Shown here one piece after another: positions 1 to 9,777 of a DNA stretch of 60,984 nt. The translations under genes were made by a program, and so were the position numbers. The stretch comes from a virus (taxonomy: Duplodnaviria; Caudoviricetes), in IMG/VR virus record IMGVR_UViG_3300046382_000038, positions 1 to 60,984 of that record. One strand, written 5' to 3'. Under the pieces are notes generated by a model, which saw only the letters and a program-made list of their open reading frames with translations, ran no database searches and had not been told where the DNA came from. Each line of letters begins with the position of its first letter. The stretch's first letter is position 1.

Positions 1-134
1 CATCTAAAGAAGGGGTCGGTTGTAAAGACAGCAATGTGAACCGGGCCTACCCTTGTCACTCCTTGCACCCTACTCTGGGTATCTGTGCTGGGATTGACGG
101 CCACGATTTCACAAGGCAATCTCCGGGATGCCAT
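1..134 (-). CDS. 5' part of a baseplate protein (possible spike), running off the window edge
   Basis: ATG at 134 opens MASRRLPCEIVAVNPSTDTQSRVQGVTRVGPVHIAVFTTDPFFR with no stop before base 1; directly downstream of the hub gene; not in the ORF track. Confidence 0.5.
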   Translation of the reverse strand, partial: MASRRLPCEIVAVNPSTDTQSRVQGVTRVGPVHIAVFTTDPFFR

Positions 135-151
135 TATATGGTTCTTAAGCA

Positions 152-2932
152 TTATTTCTTGCTCCGCACTGGCTCAACTAGGGCCGACACCATGTCTTCC
201 GGCAGTTCCTTGTACCTGGCGGAGGAAGCCCCCTTGGTTAAGGAGGGGGCCGCCAGAGTAGCGTCGGTAGTGAATCCAGATTCGAGATCCCAACTGTGGC
301 TTACGGCTTCGATATACATCTGGAGGCCGTGGCCTTCGAATTCCACCTTGCCGCCAGGGAATAGCTCGGGCATGAAGGTGAATTTAAACGGCGTGCGGAA
401 CTGGGAGGACCAGGCAAGGCAGAATCCCTGGTAGGCCAGAAGGATCTCGTACATAGGTGATCGCACCATTGGTACATCCATGACGACAGGCCGGGTTCCA
501 TAACGTTCGAGGAACGATTCGGCATCGTGGACATCCATAACGGCTTCCAGACCACCCTTTTTGGATTTGGCTGGCTTGCCACCCTTTGCAGCTTTTGGAG
601 TGGTATTTTCTTCGTCAAACTTCAGATTCTGGAGCTTTAGATCGACTATTCCTCCCTGACCGAAGGCATTGAAGATGTTAACGCTGGCTGTGGACTGAAG
701 CTCGTTGAGGAGCTTTTCGTTCGCAGGCCAAGTGTTATCTCCCACGGCGAATACGTGGGTGGCTAGGGCTTCATCATTTAGATTAATCCCACCATCCAAA
801 ACCTCCAGATCGCGTACCCTCCAGTAGGGTTCGTGTTGACCAAATTCTCCGAAGTAATCGGGGTAGAAGGCATAGAAGTCACCGTTGGGCAGCGACATGA
901 AGCTGCGCATCGAGGCCTGAGCTACCTGTTGTACGAAGGGGAATAGAGACACATTGAGCATTAAGGCCTTCTGTCCCGAGAGGATCTGCGCCTCGGCCAT
1001 TTCCGCAACGGTTGGGAAGGTGATTTCCCCCGTGAAGGCGGCTACCTTACCTGCCACCAGCGGATCGATTGCTCCCGTTTTGCCTTCCCCTTCTGTTGCC
1101 GTGGATCCTCCTGTAAGCGGAGGAGCTTTGCTCGTGAAGGGTTCGTTGAGGAAGGCTGTGGTGAAGTGGAAGGATTCGTAGCTACCAGATGCGCTAGGCC
1201 ATTCGGACGGATTCTTTCCACCCCAACCGGCACCACCCTTGGGGTTTTTATTCCATCCCGTGCTGAAGTATTGACCGTTAATGGTCATCCAGGCATGCGT
1301 AGAGTTATAGTAAACAGATACACTGGGATTAGCATTGGAGGGGGCCGGTCCTGATGCAGTAGCCGATGACTGATAGTGACCAAATTCACCCGAGGACCCA
1401 ACAGAGCTTCCTACGCTGATAACACCTCCTGCCGCTAGCACCGCTGCTACGCTGCCCGAGCAATCAAATCCAATTACATTAGGCCCTGTGCCACCTACCC
1501 CTTCTCCTCCCGAGGATGGTTTTCCCGCCGAGGCGTGGCCTCCTCCCCAGGCGTAAGGATAGTTCCTATTGGAAATGGTTGCGGCCTCGCTGATCATTGC
1601 GTCGATGCGAGTACGCTTACCAGGGGTATTCTTTTCGCTTTTATCAGTAGTGCCGCGTTGGGTTTCTACACCAGATTCTTCTAGGCCAGGTCCAAAAGAG
1701 GCATTCTTCGCATATTGGGTGATAAGTTTCTTTGCTTGGGGAAGTCGGCTATTCCAGTCCGTATATCCTTCTCCAGGAGGACCAGCCGCCTGAACTGTTA
1801 TGAATGCAAATCGGTTCCATTCTGATTCAGAGGGCATTTTCCCGTGGCATCTTGCCACCACAGCTTTACAAAAAGTATCAGCGGCCTTCTGGGTATCTTG
1901 CGCATCCTGAGGAAAATTCACAGCAGGCGTGTCGTGACCATATGGTTCGGATGACGTAAACTGGAACCATCCGGTAGCTCCCGCTTTATTACTGCCGTTA
2001 ATCTCGCTCTGGTTCCAGCCGCACTCACAGAGAGAAGTGGTGATTACAAATTCTGGGGGAAGATGGTATTTGTTGGCGGTGGACGCCATTATTTCAGTTA
2101 CCTTTTTGGGATCCTTAACATCCCCCGATCCTTCTACTGCGGCTCCTTCGCCACCACCAGAGCCCTGGGAGCTTGTGCCCATGATTTCCTTCAGGAAGAC
2201 CTGAAGCTGTTCTCCCTCGACCTTCTGACCTTCTATAAACCCCTTGGTGAGCTTGCTGACCGTTTGGCCTATGTTGGTGGGCAGCGACTCGATGTAGATG
2301 TTTTCATCCTGAATGCCCGCGATGTAGAAGAGGATGGCCCACAGGAGACGGCCCAAGGAGGTATCATTGAGCGCTCCTTTTTCGTTGGGAGTAGCCCCCG
2401 TTTTAATGAGCTTTTCTTCGGCCTTGGCGATCTTCTTGTTGTCAAGTTGAAACGGTGAGGTTTCAACAATGTTTTGAAAGTTAGCCGCCGTGCCCTCTTG
2501 CGGTCCCTGGGTCCATCCGAACTGCTGGAGGAAGCTGATGAAGTAAGGAAGCCCAGGGTTGTAGTAGGTATGGAGCAGGCGCTTAAGGGTGCATGAGGCC
2601 TTGAGGGTAATCTCCCCCGGATACATTTGCCAGTAGGGAGTTTCATCCAGGAAGCCCGTGAAGACCTGTACGGGATGGCCTCGTAGACGCTCCAAAAAGA
2701 TGGTAATGGGATCCATGGGGTGAAACACGACACCCCTGTTTGGATTGGTGAATATCTTATTGGGGTTCCTGAGCGTAAGTTCTGCTGTTGAGACCTGATT
2801 TATCAGCCGATTGACTTTACCTGCTGTGACATGGCTCGATATGTCGTAGATGGTCCCACTGGAATCCTTAGTAAAGGCCCAGCACTTCGGTGCCGTCACT
2901 AGCCTCTGTGCGCTCGATGCATTAGAAGCCAT
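152..2932 (-). CDS. Baseplate hub / tail-associated lysin with lysozyme-like and NlpC/P60 domains
   Basis: Hub-like N- and C-termini (AELTLRNP; FTFMPELFPGGKV...YIEAVSHSW); SLT-like CECGWN...GATGWFQF; NlpC/P60 YAWGGGH...FDCSG...H. ATG 2932 preferred over TTG 2962. Confidence 0.75.
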   Translation of the reverse strand: MASNASSAQRLVTAPKCWAFTKDSSGTIYDISSHVTAGKVNRLINQVSTAELTLRNPNKIFTNPNRGVVFHPMDPITIFLERLRGHPVQVFTGFLDETPYWQMYPGEITLKASCTLKRLLHTYYNPGLPYFISFLQQFGWTQGPQEGTAANFQNIVETSPFQLDNKKIAKAEEKLIKTGATPNEKGALNDTSLGRLLWAILFYIAGIQDENIYIESLPTNIGQTVSKLTKGFIEGQKVEGEQLQVFLKEIMGTSSQGSGGGEGAAVEGSGDVKDPKKVTEIMASTANKYHLPPEFVITTSLCECGWNQSEINGSNKAGATGWFQFTSSEPYGHDTPAVNFPQDAQDTQKAADTFCKAVVARCHGKMPSESEWNRFAFITVQAAGPPGEGYTDWNSRLPQAKKLITQYAKNASFGPGLEESGVETQRGTTDKSEKNTPGKRTRIDAMISEAATISNRNYPYAWGGGHASAGKPSSGGEGVGGTGPNVIGFDCSGSVAAVLAAGGVISVGSSVGSSGEFGHYQSSATASGPAPSNANPSVSVYYNSTHAWMTINGQYFSTGWNKNPKGGAGWGGKNPSEWPSASGSYESFHFTTAFLNEPFTSKAPPLTGGSTATEGEGKTGAIDPLVAGKVAAFTGEITFPTVAEMAEAQILSGQKALMLNVSLFPFVQQVAQASMRSFMSLPNGDFYAFYPDYFGEFGQHEPYWRVRDLEVLDGGINLNDEALATHVFAVGDNTWPANEKLLNELQSTASVNIFNAFGQGGIVDLKLQNLKFDEENTTPKAAKGGKPAKSKKGGLEAVMDVHDAESFLERYGTRPVVMDVPMVRSPMYEILLAYQGFCLAWSSQFRTPFKFTFMPELFPGGKVEFEGHGLQMYIEAVSHSWDLESGFTTDATLAAPSLTKGASSARYKELPEDMVSALVEPVRSKK

Positions 2933-3647
2933 TTTCAAATACCTTCTTGAGCTTATCGCCAAGCTTGCCTACGAATTCGCCTGCCTTTTCCTCTCCTTGG
3001 GCTTCCGCTTCTTCCCGCTTGGGCTTTTGCTGAGTTAAGGTGCTCATGATTTCAAGCCAAGTTCGCTCGGCTGGTTCTTCGCTGATGATGTTCGTGTAGA
3101 GACCGGCTAGAGATGTAACTACGATGAATTGGAATTGAAATTCAGGAGCGTAAACAAAGCGTTCGTGTTTGCGAGGCATCTTTGGGATATATCCGTGACC
3201 CTTGAAGGGTTTGTGGGCTCCCTTGAGGGTCACATTGCCGTCCCCTTGGGTGAGATCGCTCCCGTGGCCGTCCACGGTCAGTTCTATCAGTGACCCTCCC
3301 AGCGAGTTACGTTGGGCCTGGTGAATGAACTCCACTACCGTGCCGTAGTCCTCCTGGTCCAGACATTGACCCCTGACCATCATGGGCGGAATCTGAATAT
3401 TATGGGCGTAGAAGTCCCTAACGTTTTTGCTTTGGACCGTCTTGCCCGCCAATGCTTGATTGAACTCAATTCCGTTGCAGTAGAACTCAACGTATCCAGA
3501 CCCGTCGTGTAACAGTGCGTTACGGTGTTCTAAGGCCTCCTCGCGACGAGAACCGTGGAGACGGGCAGCCTCAATGTCGTAGCCCTTAGAGACGCCTTGT
3601 GGGCCTGTAGGGGGTTTAAACGGTGTCCCTCCCTGATATTCAGCCAT
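2922..3647 (-). CDS. Baseplate/tail-tube-initiator region protein
   Basis: 241 aa; translationally coupled between tape measure and hub. Confidence 0.5.
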   Translation of the reverse strand: MAEYQGGTPFKPPTGPQGVSKGYDIEAARLHGSRREEALEHRNALLHDGSGYVEFYCNGIEFNQALAGKTVQSKNVRDFYAHNIQIPPMMVRGQCLDQEDYGTVVEFIHQAQRNSLGGSLIELTVDGHGSDLTQGDGNVTLKGAHKPFKGHGYIPKMPRKHERFVYAPEFQFQFIVVTSLAGLYTNIISEEPAERTWLEIMSTLTQQKPKREEAEAQGEEKAGEFVGKLGDKLKKVFENGF

Positions 3648-4396
3648 TATTTGCCCGTCTTTTCTAGATTGGACTGTTTAGGCGTGGCTGGACCAGAGGC
3701 CCCGATGTTGTCCCAGAGCGATTCCCAGTTGCCTTCGAGGTAAGTGGGCAGCAAACTGTTGTAGTAATCAGCCAGCTTCTTAAGGGTGGCTTCTTTTTCA
3801 GTCTGACTGAAGCCTTCAAATTTGTGGTTCTTTTGGTTCTGCTTAAGCGGCGTGACAAAGGGGTTGGAGAGCGGATCCCGTTGGGCCGCCGAGATGATTC
3901 CCTTAAGGGGAAAAGGTTCGCCTCCTTGTTTGGAAAGAAAGCCATCCTTGGTAAGCTGAATCATTTCCTGAAGGGTTTCGTAGTTGCCCGCTGTTTCGTC
4001 TTTGATGTGAGCTTGCAATTGCCACTCTGGGGCTATGGTTTCGAGGTCATAGATGAAGCCTGGGGCACCCAGGGGCTGGATGGAAAAGGTCCAGCCACGA
4101 GGGGCATAGGTAAGCGTCATAGGGGTCTGGTTGTAGCTCCCGGTACCCGTAGATCCCTGGCTGGCAATGGTGAAATACTGGGCAAAGTAGGAGTAGATGG
4201 CCTCAGCTTCTTTGTAGGTAGCCACCGTTCCACCCATTATGAGATCATCAATGTAAACACTGAGGATCTGAACCACTTCACCCCCATAGGTAGGGAAATT
4301 GGCTACGTTAAGGTTGTAGCCCCAATGGACCTCATCGATCCCCTTTTTGATGACGAGATCCTTAATCTGCGGGTGACTGAAATGGAGTTCAGGCAT
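3647..4396 (-). CDS. Baseplate/tail-tube-initiator region protein
   Basis: 249 aa; TAATG coupling on both sides; directly after tape measure. Confidence 0.5.
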   Translation of the reverse strand: MPELHFSHPQIKDLVIKKGIDEVHWGYNLNVANFPTYGGEVVQILSVYIDDLIMGGTVATYKEAEAIYSYFAQYFTIASQGSTGTGSYNQTPMTLTYAPRGWTFSIQPLGAPGFIYDLETIAPEWQLQAHIKDETAGNYETLQEMIQLTKDGFLSKQGGEPFPLKGIISAAQRDPLSNPFVTPLKQNQKNHKFEGFSQTEKEATLKKLADYYNSLLPTYLEGNWESLWDNIGASGPATPKQSNLEKTGK

Positions 4397-6666
4397 TATT
4401 CACCGTATTGCGACGGCACGCCTGCTGAGGCTGGCGTAGATGTTGGTAGAGAGGTGCCAGCGTTTCTTTCTTCTGCTTTTTCTTCCGAGCCGCCCTTGAG
4501 TTTGAAGAATTTCCTAGCATATGGAGTGAGTCCGATGGTGACGCCGCCCGAGGTAACTTCTCCTGTTGAAGAAATGTCCCGTTTGCCCCACTTCGTCATA
4601 ATGCGTTTCTCGATCTTGGATTGATCGCGCACTTTGGCGTGAGCAAATTCTGCGACTTCCTTGGGATCCACGCCGATTTGTTTCATCCAATGGGCGACCT
4701 GATCGGAACCCATAATGCCGTGCTTCCAATCACCCTTGCGTAATTTCGCTGCCTGTTCTGGGGTTAGATTAACCCAGCCACCGCCAGCAAATTCCCCTTC
4801 ATGTCTGTTGTATTTACTTCTGAGTTTTTCGAGTTCTTTCTGGAGATTGGCGCCCGTATAGGCCCCTTTGAGCAGTTCTTCTTGGTGGGCAAGTTTCTGT
4901 TTATAGTGATGGGTGGATTCTCGTTGGATTACAAGTTCTTTCTCATCCTTAGTGATTCCTTGATTCCACTGGCTACTCGGTTCTAGGATTCGATCAACTC
5001 GACCAGCCTTCGCTGCATACTTTCTCTTTGCCCACATGGCTCGCAATTGCTGAACGGGAATTCCCAATCGTTGCGACAAGAGACCGAATGCCTGAGTTTC
5101 ACCGCTAGCAATTACTTCTCCTGTTTCGGGATCTCGAACAGGGGGTAGGTGGCTAAAGTCTGGCATTAGTTCTTCCATCGTCTTTGTGATGTTGGTAGAA
5201 ACAGCCGAACCAGGAAGTAGGCCCATGTTTTCTGGGAGCACTCCGTAGCGAGCCATTGCTTTAGCCTGAAGAATCGGATTAGATAGACTTTGGGCTCCTA
5301 CTTGCGCCGGTAGTCCCGTAACGGTTGAGAAGGACAGGCCGCCCCGATAGCCCTGGGTGGGGGTTGCCCCTAACCCAACTGCCGCCTGAGCATATTCTTG
5401 AATGCCTGCGGCCGTTTGGGTAACCGTCTGGCGTGTCTCCTTTGCTACGTCAGTGAGACCCTGAAGCGAGTTGGTTAATTCGGAAATGCTGACCTGGCCT
5501 GTCTTCAGCGACTCAGTGAATTGGGCAGCCACCTCGGGCTTAACTCCTTGGCGAACGAGAGGGGCCATGAAGCGGGTGGCAATGTTGTTGAGATCCCCTC
5601 CGGTAGTCAATCCCAAGAAGCCCCCTTCCTGATTAGAGAACCCCATACCAGCCAAACTATTGTAAATTTCTTTCGATTGGGTGAGGGACATTCCTGTGCC
5701 CAGCCGAGCCATGGTCCAGGCATCCAGATTCATTCCCAGACCCTGCCTACCGGCAGGGGAGGTTAGGTATGCGAGGGGGTTTCTGAAGCCTGCAATATTG
5801 CTAGGTCCAATGCCGCCCTGAGGGGAGTAACCTAGTTCAGCACCCTGGGTCATAGCCCCGGTGCCATAAGCCTGGAGTTTCTGGAAGGTGTTTTTGGCTA
5901 CCTGGATCTTGGCGGCCTGAGCATAACCATAATTAGCAAGTTCGGAGGCGCCACCTAGCAACTTACCAGCAGTAGATTCTGGATGGCGCAATGCCGCGAG
6001 ACCCGCCCAGTCGCGAGCCATCCTGAGCTTGGTATCTAGCTGCCACTCACCAAACTGGGGAATCCAGAAGCCCTCCCTTTCCATTTTTTCTGTTTCTTCT
6101 TGAGACATATTCCCAAGAATGGAGGAACGGGGACCGCGCCGACTTCCAGTTTCAGTAATGCTGCTACCAAGGTTAGTCTGCATTTTCTCCTGGTCGTAGC
6201 CTTCCCCCGTCGCAATAGAAGCGCTGGGACTTAATTCACCAGCGCCTTGGGCGGGAGGCTGGCGCTTACGAATGTTAAATGCTCCTTCAATTCGCCCTTC
6301 GCCGGGGGCTCGATTCCTCATAGCTTTGATAGCTTGAAGTGGAGAAATAGCGGCTAGGGGGACGAGGGGACCAGCTTCTGGAGTAGGGTTGTTCCCATAT
6401 ACAAACGAGGCATGGGGGCTTGCCTTTCCGGGTGGTTGCGCAGCCAACGTCTCCCGATGTGCTTGTGAAGCTGCTTCTTCGCTGCCTCCCTGGACCCCCC
6501 TTGCGAATGGATCTCTTGGAGGAAGACCTTGGCCCGCCCGCTGGGAGACAAGGGTATTTGTTAAATCTTCAACAACCCGAGAGAGGTGCTGAAGGGCACG
6601 GACATTTGCATCCTGCCTTTTTGAAGGATCGGTAGGTAGCTCGGGATTTCCCTCTGGGCCTGCCAT
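4396..6666 (-). CDS. Tape measure protein
   Basis: 756 aa, Ala/Gly/Gln-rich helical; follows the frameshifted chaperone pair (canonical synteny). Confidence 0.7.
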   Translation of the reverse strand: MAGPEGNPELPTDPSKRQDANVRALQHLSRVVEDLTNTLVSQRAGQGLPPRDPFARGVQGGSEEAASQAHRETLAAQPPGKASPHASFVYGNNPTPEAGPLVPLAAISPLQAIKAMRNRAPGEGRIEGAFNIRKRQPPAQGAGELSPSASIATGEGYDQEKMQTNLGSSITETGSRRGPRSSILGNMSQEETEKMEREGFWIPQFGEWQLDTKLRMARDWAGLAALRHPESTAGKLLGGASELANYGYAQAAKIQVAKNTFQKLQAYGTGAMTQGAELGYSPQGGIGPSNIAGFRNPLAYLTSPAGRQGLGMNLDAWTMARLGTGMSLTQSKEIYNSLAGMGFSNQEGGFLGLTTGGDLNNIATRFMAPLVRQGVKPEVAAQFTESLKTGQVSISELTNSLQGLTDVAKETRQTVTQTAAGIQEYAQAAVGLGATPTQGYRGGLSFSTVTGLPAQVGAQSLSNPILQAKAMARYGVLPENMGLLPGSAVSTNITKTMEELMPDFSHLPPVRDPETGEVIASGETQAFGLLSQRLGIPVQQLRAMWAKRKYAAKAGRVDRILEPSSQWNQGITKDEKELVIQRESTHHYKQKLAHQEELLKGAYTGANLQKELEKLRSKYNRHEGEFAGGGWVNLTPEQAAKLRKGDWKHGIMGSDQVAHWMKQIGVDPKEVAEFAHAKVRDQSKIEKRIMTKWGKRDISSTGEVTSGGVTIGLTPYARKFFKLKGGSEEKAEERNAGTSLPTSTPASAGVPSQYGE

Positions 6667-6685
6667 CGCATATTAACTTCGAGTT

Positions 6686-7024
6686 TTAACCTAAGTCCAA
6701 GCCTTCTTGATTCCAGGCTTCGAGCATTGCCTTGAACTCCTCCTCCGTTCGAGGTTCATGGATGCCTTCCTCATTGACGTGTTCATCTTCCTTGAATTTC
6801 GTCTCGTAAAGATCCGGACGATAGAAGAACAGCTTTGTTTCGAACTCGGCCTCGGCGCTTTGTTCCTCCGCCTTGTCCTCCTGGAGCATGTAATACTTCA
6901 GAAGCTCGATTTGCAGCAGGCCTAGGTTTGGTCGTCCCCAGTGATCTCGTTGCTCGAAGTGCCCGAGTCGGTCAAGGAGTCGGCAGAGGGCTGTGAGGGC
7001 TGCTGACTCCTGTTTGCTAAATCC
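6686..7024 (-). CDS. Tail assembly chaperone, -1 frameshift extension (GT-like)
   Basis: Overlapping frame entered at slippery G-GAT-TTA (7024-7018); no convincing start of its own. Confidence 0.7.
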   Translation of the reverse strand, partial: GFSKQESAALTALCRLLDRLGHFEQRDHWGRPNLGLLQIELLKYYMLQEDKAEEQSAEAEFETKLFFYRPDLYETKFKEDEHVNEEGIHEPRTEEEFKAMLEAWNQEGLDLG

Positions 7025-7452
7025 TGGAACTCTTCGATAGCTCGTAATGCCTCCTCTTCCAACGCCAGATAGGAGTTGAAGAGGAAATCCAAGGTAGGCT
7101 GATGCCAGCCGGTAGAGGGATTGGTGATGTAATTCAGCCTCGCGCGAGCGTAGGTGTTCATGTCTGGCCCAGCGGGAGGACAAAAGGCATCGTTGCCGTC
7201 TACGCTCACTAGAGCTAGCCCGACATGGGCATTGGCATAGACTTCGGACTCAGCGAGGGTTTCTCGCCACTCCTTAGCTGCCACAGCGACAGCCGCTTTC
7301 TCTCCTGGGCGCAATGTCTTGAGGACAAACGTATGCCCACAGAAATCGATTGGCTTCTCTAGGTGGCCTATATGGGCCAGACCTTCGATAGGCTCACGGA
7401 CGCGCTCAGAAAAGATCGCAAAAGGGTTGGAAGACTCTACTGTATCGGGCAT
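6922..7452 (-). CDS. Tail assembly chaperone (G-like)
   Basis: 176 aa between tube and tape measure; RBS GAGGTGAGG; low-complexity tail after the slip site. Confidence 0.75.
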   Translation of the reverse strand: MPDTVESSNPFAIFSERVREPIEGLAHIGHLEKPIDFCGHTFVLKTLRPGEKAAVAVAAKEWRETLAESEVYANAHVGLALVSVDGNDAFCPPAGPDMNTYARARLNYITNPSTGWHQPTLDFLFNSYLALEEEALRAIEEFQDLANRSQQPSQPSADSLTDSGTSSNEITGDDQT

Positions 7453-7495
7453 ATGTACCTCACCTCTTACGAGGGCTTAACTTGGTAATTCTAAA

Positions 7496-8155
7496 TTAGA
7501 GAGCACCGTCTCGGAACTTAAATCCGAGAGACGGTCCGCCGTTCCTGGTCGGGTAACGGTATGCTACGGTAATTTGCTTAATGATGTCCATGGTGCCAAC
7601 TTCGATCTGCTCACCGTCTACTACGTTGGTGATTACACAGCCATGGAACTCTTCTGTGTAGGGGGTAGCTGCTCCCCCTGCACCTGCTGGACGCACAATC
7701 TTCACGATCTGCATCTGCTCTGGTTTTGCTTTGGCCTGCTTGATGAAAATGTCTACGATGTCTACGGCTTTGTGGCCTTCGCCGTTGAAGACACCATCGC
7801 TGCCGATGTTTAGCTGAGTCGAGGTGTTGGTGGGACCTGAGCCACCGAACGGGCTAGTGGCCGATCCTCCGAGGCCTGCTCCTAGGCGATCCCAGACCTT
7901 GGACGATTCTCCTCCGCTACCAAATAGCTCGTACATGTTGAGAGTTAGCTGTCCTGCGCCAGCAGCGGCAGGAGTAATGATCTGAATGGGGTAGGGCTCA
8001 TCCATAGGATGGATGGCAGACATTCCTCCGCCTACGGGGGTGGCCGAGGTATGAGCTACCTGATAACAGAAGGTGATTGGCTGGCCTCCGAATGAGAAAA
8101 TCGTAAAGCCTGAACCACCTACTCGTGCTCTGTTCTGAAATACTGGATCCGCCAT
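7496..8155 (-). CDS. Tail tube protein
   Basis: 219 aa after sheath; tube-like C-terminus FHGCVITNVVDGEQIEVGTM...ITVAY. Confidence 0.75.
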   Translation of the reverse strand: MADPVFQNRARVGGSGFTIFSFGGQPITFCYQVAHTSATPVGGGMSAIHPMDEPYPIQIITPAAAGAGQLTLNMYELFGSGGESSKVWDRLGAGLGGSATSPFGGSGPTNTSTQLNIGSDGVFNGEGHKAVDIVDIFIKQAKAKPEQMQIVKIVRPAGAGGAATPYTEEFHGCVITNVVDGEQIEVGTMDIIKQITVAYRYPTRNGGPSLGFKFRDGAL

Positions 8156-8178
8156 CGCTAATTACCTGTCGATATGCT

Positions 8179-9723
8179 CTATAAAGTACTTGTATTTCCG
8201 GTTTCAACTTCAACGGTCTGGGCCGAGAGATTGAGGGAGAAGACGATTTCGATGTAGTTAAGAGTGAAGGCCGGTCGGTAGGAGAAGCTAGCCCTAATGG
8301 TGGTCGGGTTAATGGCCGAGATTTCAGCTTTAACAGCGGAGTAATCAAGGATCGAACCTGCGCTCTGTAGGGCCGAGAGGACGCCTACGATGGCTGAGCG
8401 CACCACGAAGGGGGAATGAGCGTCTGCAATGATCTGACCGATGATCTGGTTTTCGAGAGTTTCCCGAATGGAGGAGATCATGTTGAACTTGGCTCGAACC
8501 ACGGAGACCTCGTTGCGTGCTGCACTGCTCGTGTCGAGGGTAATTGCGTGGCGGCAACGGATGTTTCCTCCGATTTGCTCGACTACGAAGAGACCTAGGC
8601 CACCATCGATGTTCTTGTCTGCGAGGGAGCGCTGATCGAGTACAGCCGTGAAGCCTCCGACGCCCTTGCGGGTCATCGAAGCAGAGACCGGACGGCTAGC
8701 GATGGCGCCAGCGATAGCAGCAGCCATGTACTGTCCACCAACCGATAGATAACGTGCTGCCGTACCGCTTGGGTTAGGCAGAGCAACCTGGAAGTTGGAG
8801 GTGTTGAGGTACACCATCTGCTGGTTGAGCTTGCCCCCGTAGCTGCCTTTAAGGGTCGTGGCATTTTCCCTAATCTTTGCCATCTGTCCTCGTTCGGTGC
8901 TCGCAGAGGAGTCGTCTCCGAAGATGGCTAGGGAGTAAACCTGTTCCTGGTTGAACTGCTGCAAGAAGGCCTGGGTGCTCTGGTAGATCTGGAACTGTAC
9001 GCTGTCGGTGACCCCTTCCATGGACTGCCCGATGATGGGGACCACCACATCTACGTTTTCTACAAGTCCCTTGGCGAGACTTAGTGAATCAGACCATGTG
9101 ATTTGTTCAGCGATCTGTTCGGCAGTCGGCTGAAGCTTCGGGGTCGTAGGCCCAGGAGGGTCGCTTTCGTTCTTAAATAGGGGCTGGAGGATTACAGATC
9201 CCGAGCCGTTTGAGAGCGCTAGGCTGGCGGCGAAGGTAAGGGGTGAGTTGATTTTCGAGCCAGTGGTATCAAAGGCAGGGCCATACATCTGGCTGATAGA
9301 GCCAATGTCTGTAAAGCGCTGCGGGAAGAAGTAGGAGGACGGGATCCACTTGTAGGTGACTAGAACCAGCGTGTTGTTGGGGATGGAGGAACCCGACGCA
9401 GCGATACCAATTGAGTTGGTGCTCGTGTTAACGGTGTAATCGGTGGTTAATTTGTATTCTTCCGGGGTTGGTTTTAGGTAGTTGGTAACCGAAACCACGC
9501 TAATTAGCTTGGCTGAGGAAGCTACGTTGGCGTTAAGGGAGGCCAGGAAGGGAAGGGGGATCTGGGTTCCCGGCGTGGTTAAGGTAACTGTTTCCTGGCG
9601 AGTTTGGTAGCCCTGGGTGGGGCCTACCAGAAGTACATCCGATGGCGAAGCGATAATTGGGGATATCTGAGGAGGCGCCGCTTCTTCAGCAATGGTGACC
9701 TCGGGCGGAACGTAGTTACTCAT
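8179..9723 (-). CDS. Contractile tail sheath protein
   Basis: YVPPEVTIAE N-terminus; C-terminal FSYRPAFTLNYIEIVFSL typical of sheaths; ATG 9723 fits the late motif better than TTG 9726. Confidence 0.85.
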   Translation of the reverse strand: MSNYVPPEVTIAEEAAPPQISPIIASPSDVLLVGPTQGYQTRQETVTLTTPGTQIPLPFLASLNANVASSAKLISVVSVTNYLKPTPEEYKLTTDYTVNTSTNSIGIAASGSSIPNNTLVLVTYKWIPSSYFFPQRFTDIGSISQMYGPAFDTTGSKINSPLTFAASLALSNGSGSVILQPLFKNESDPPGPTTPKLQPTAEQIAEQITWSDSLSLAKGLVENVDVVVPIIGQSMEGVTDSVQFQIYQSTQAFLQQFNQEQVYSLAIFGDDSSASTERGQMAKIRENATTLKGSYGGKLNQQMVYLNTSNFQVALPNPSGTAARYLSVGGQYMAAAIAGAIASRPVSASMTRKGVGGFTAVLDQRSLADKNIDGGLGLFVVEQIGGNIRCRHAITLDTSSAARNEVSVVRAKFNMISSIRETLENQIIGQIIADAHSPFVVRSAIVGVLSALQSAGSILDYSAVKAEISAINPTTIRASFSYRPAFTLNYIEIVFSLNLSAQTVEVETGNTSTL

Positions 9724-9777
9724 CAAGTATTATTCTCTAGATGAGAACGGTTTATTAGCTCATATCCAATTGGACGG

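Noticed and set aside
6686-7183. 165-aa ORF as an independent gene from 7183
   Set aside because: No RBS; better explained as the -1 frameshift extension of the chaperone
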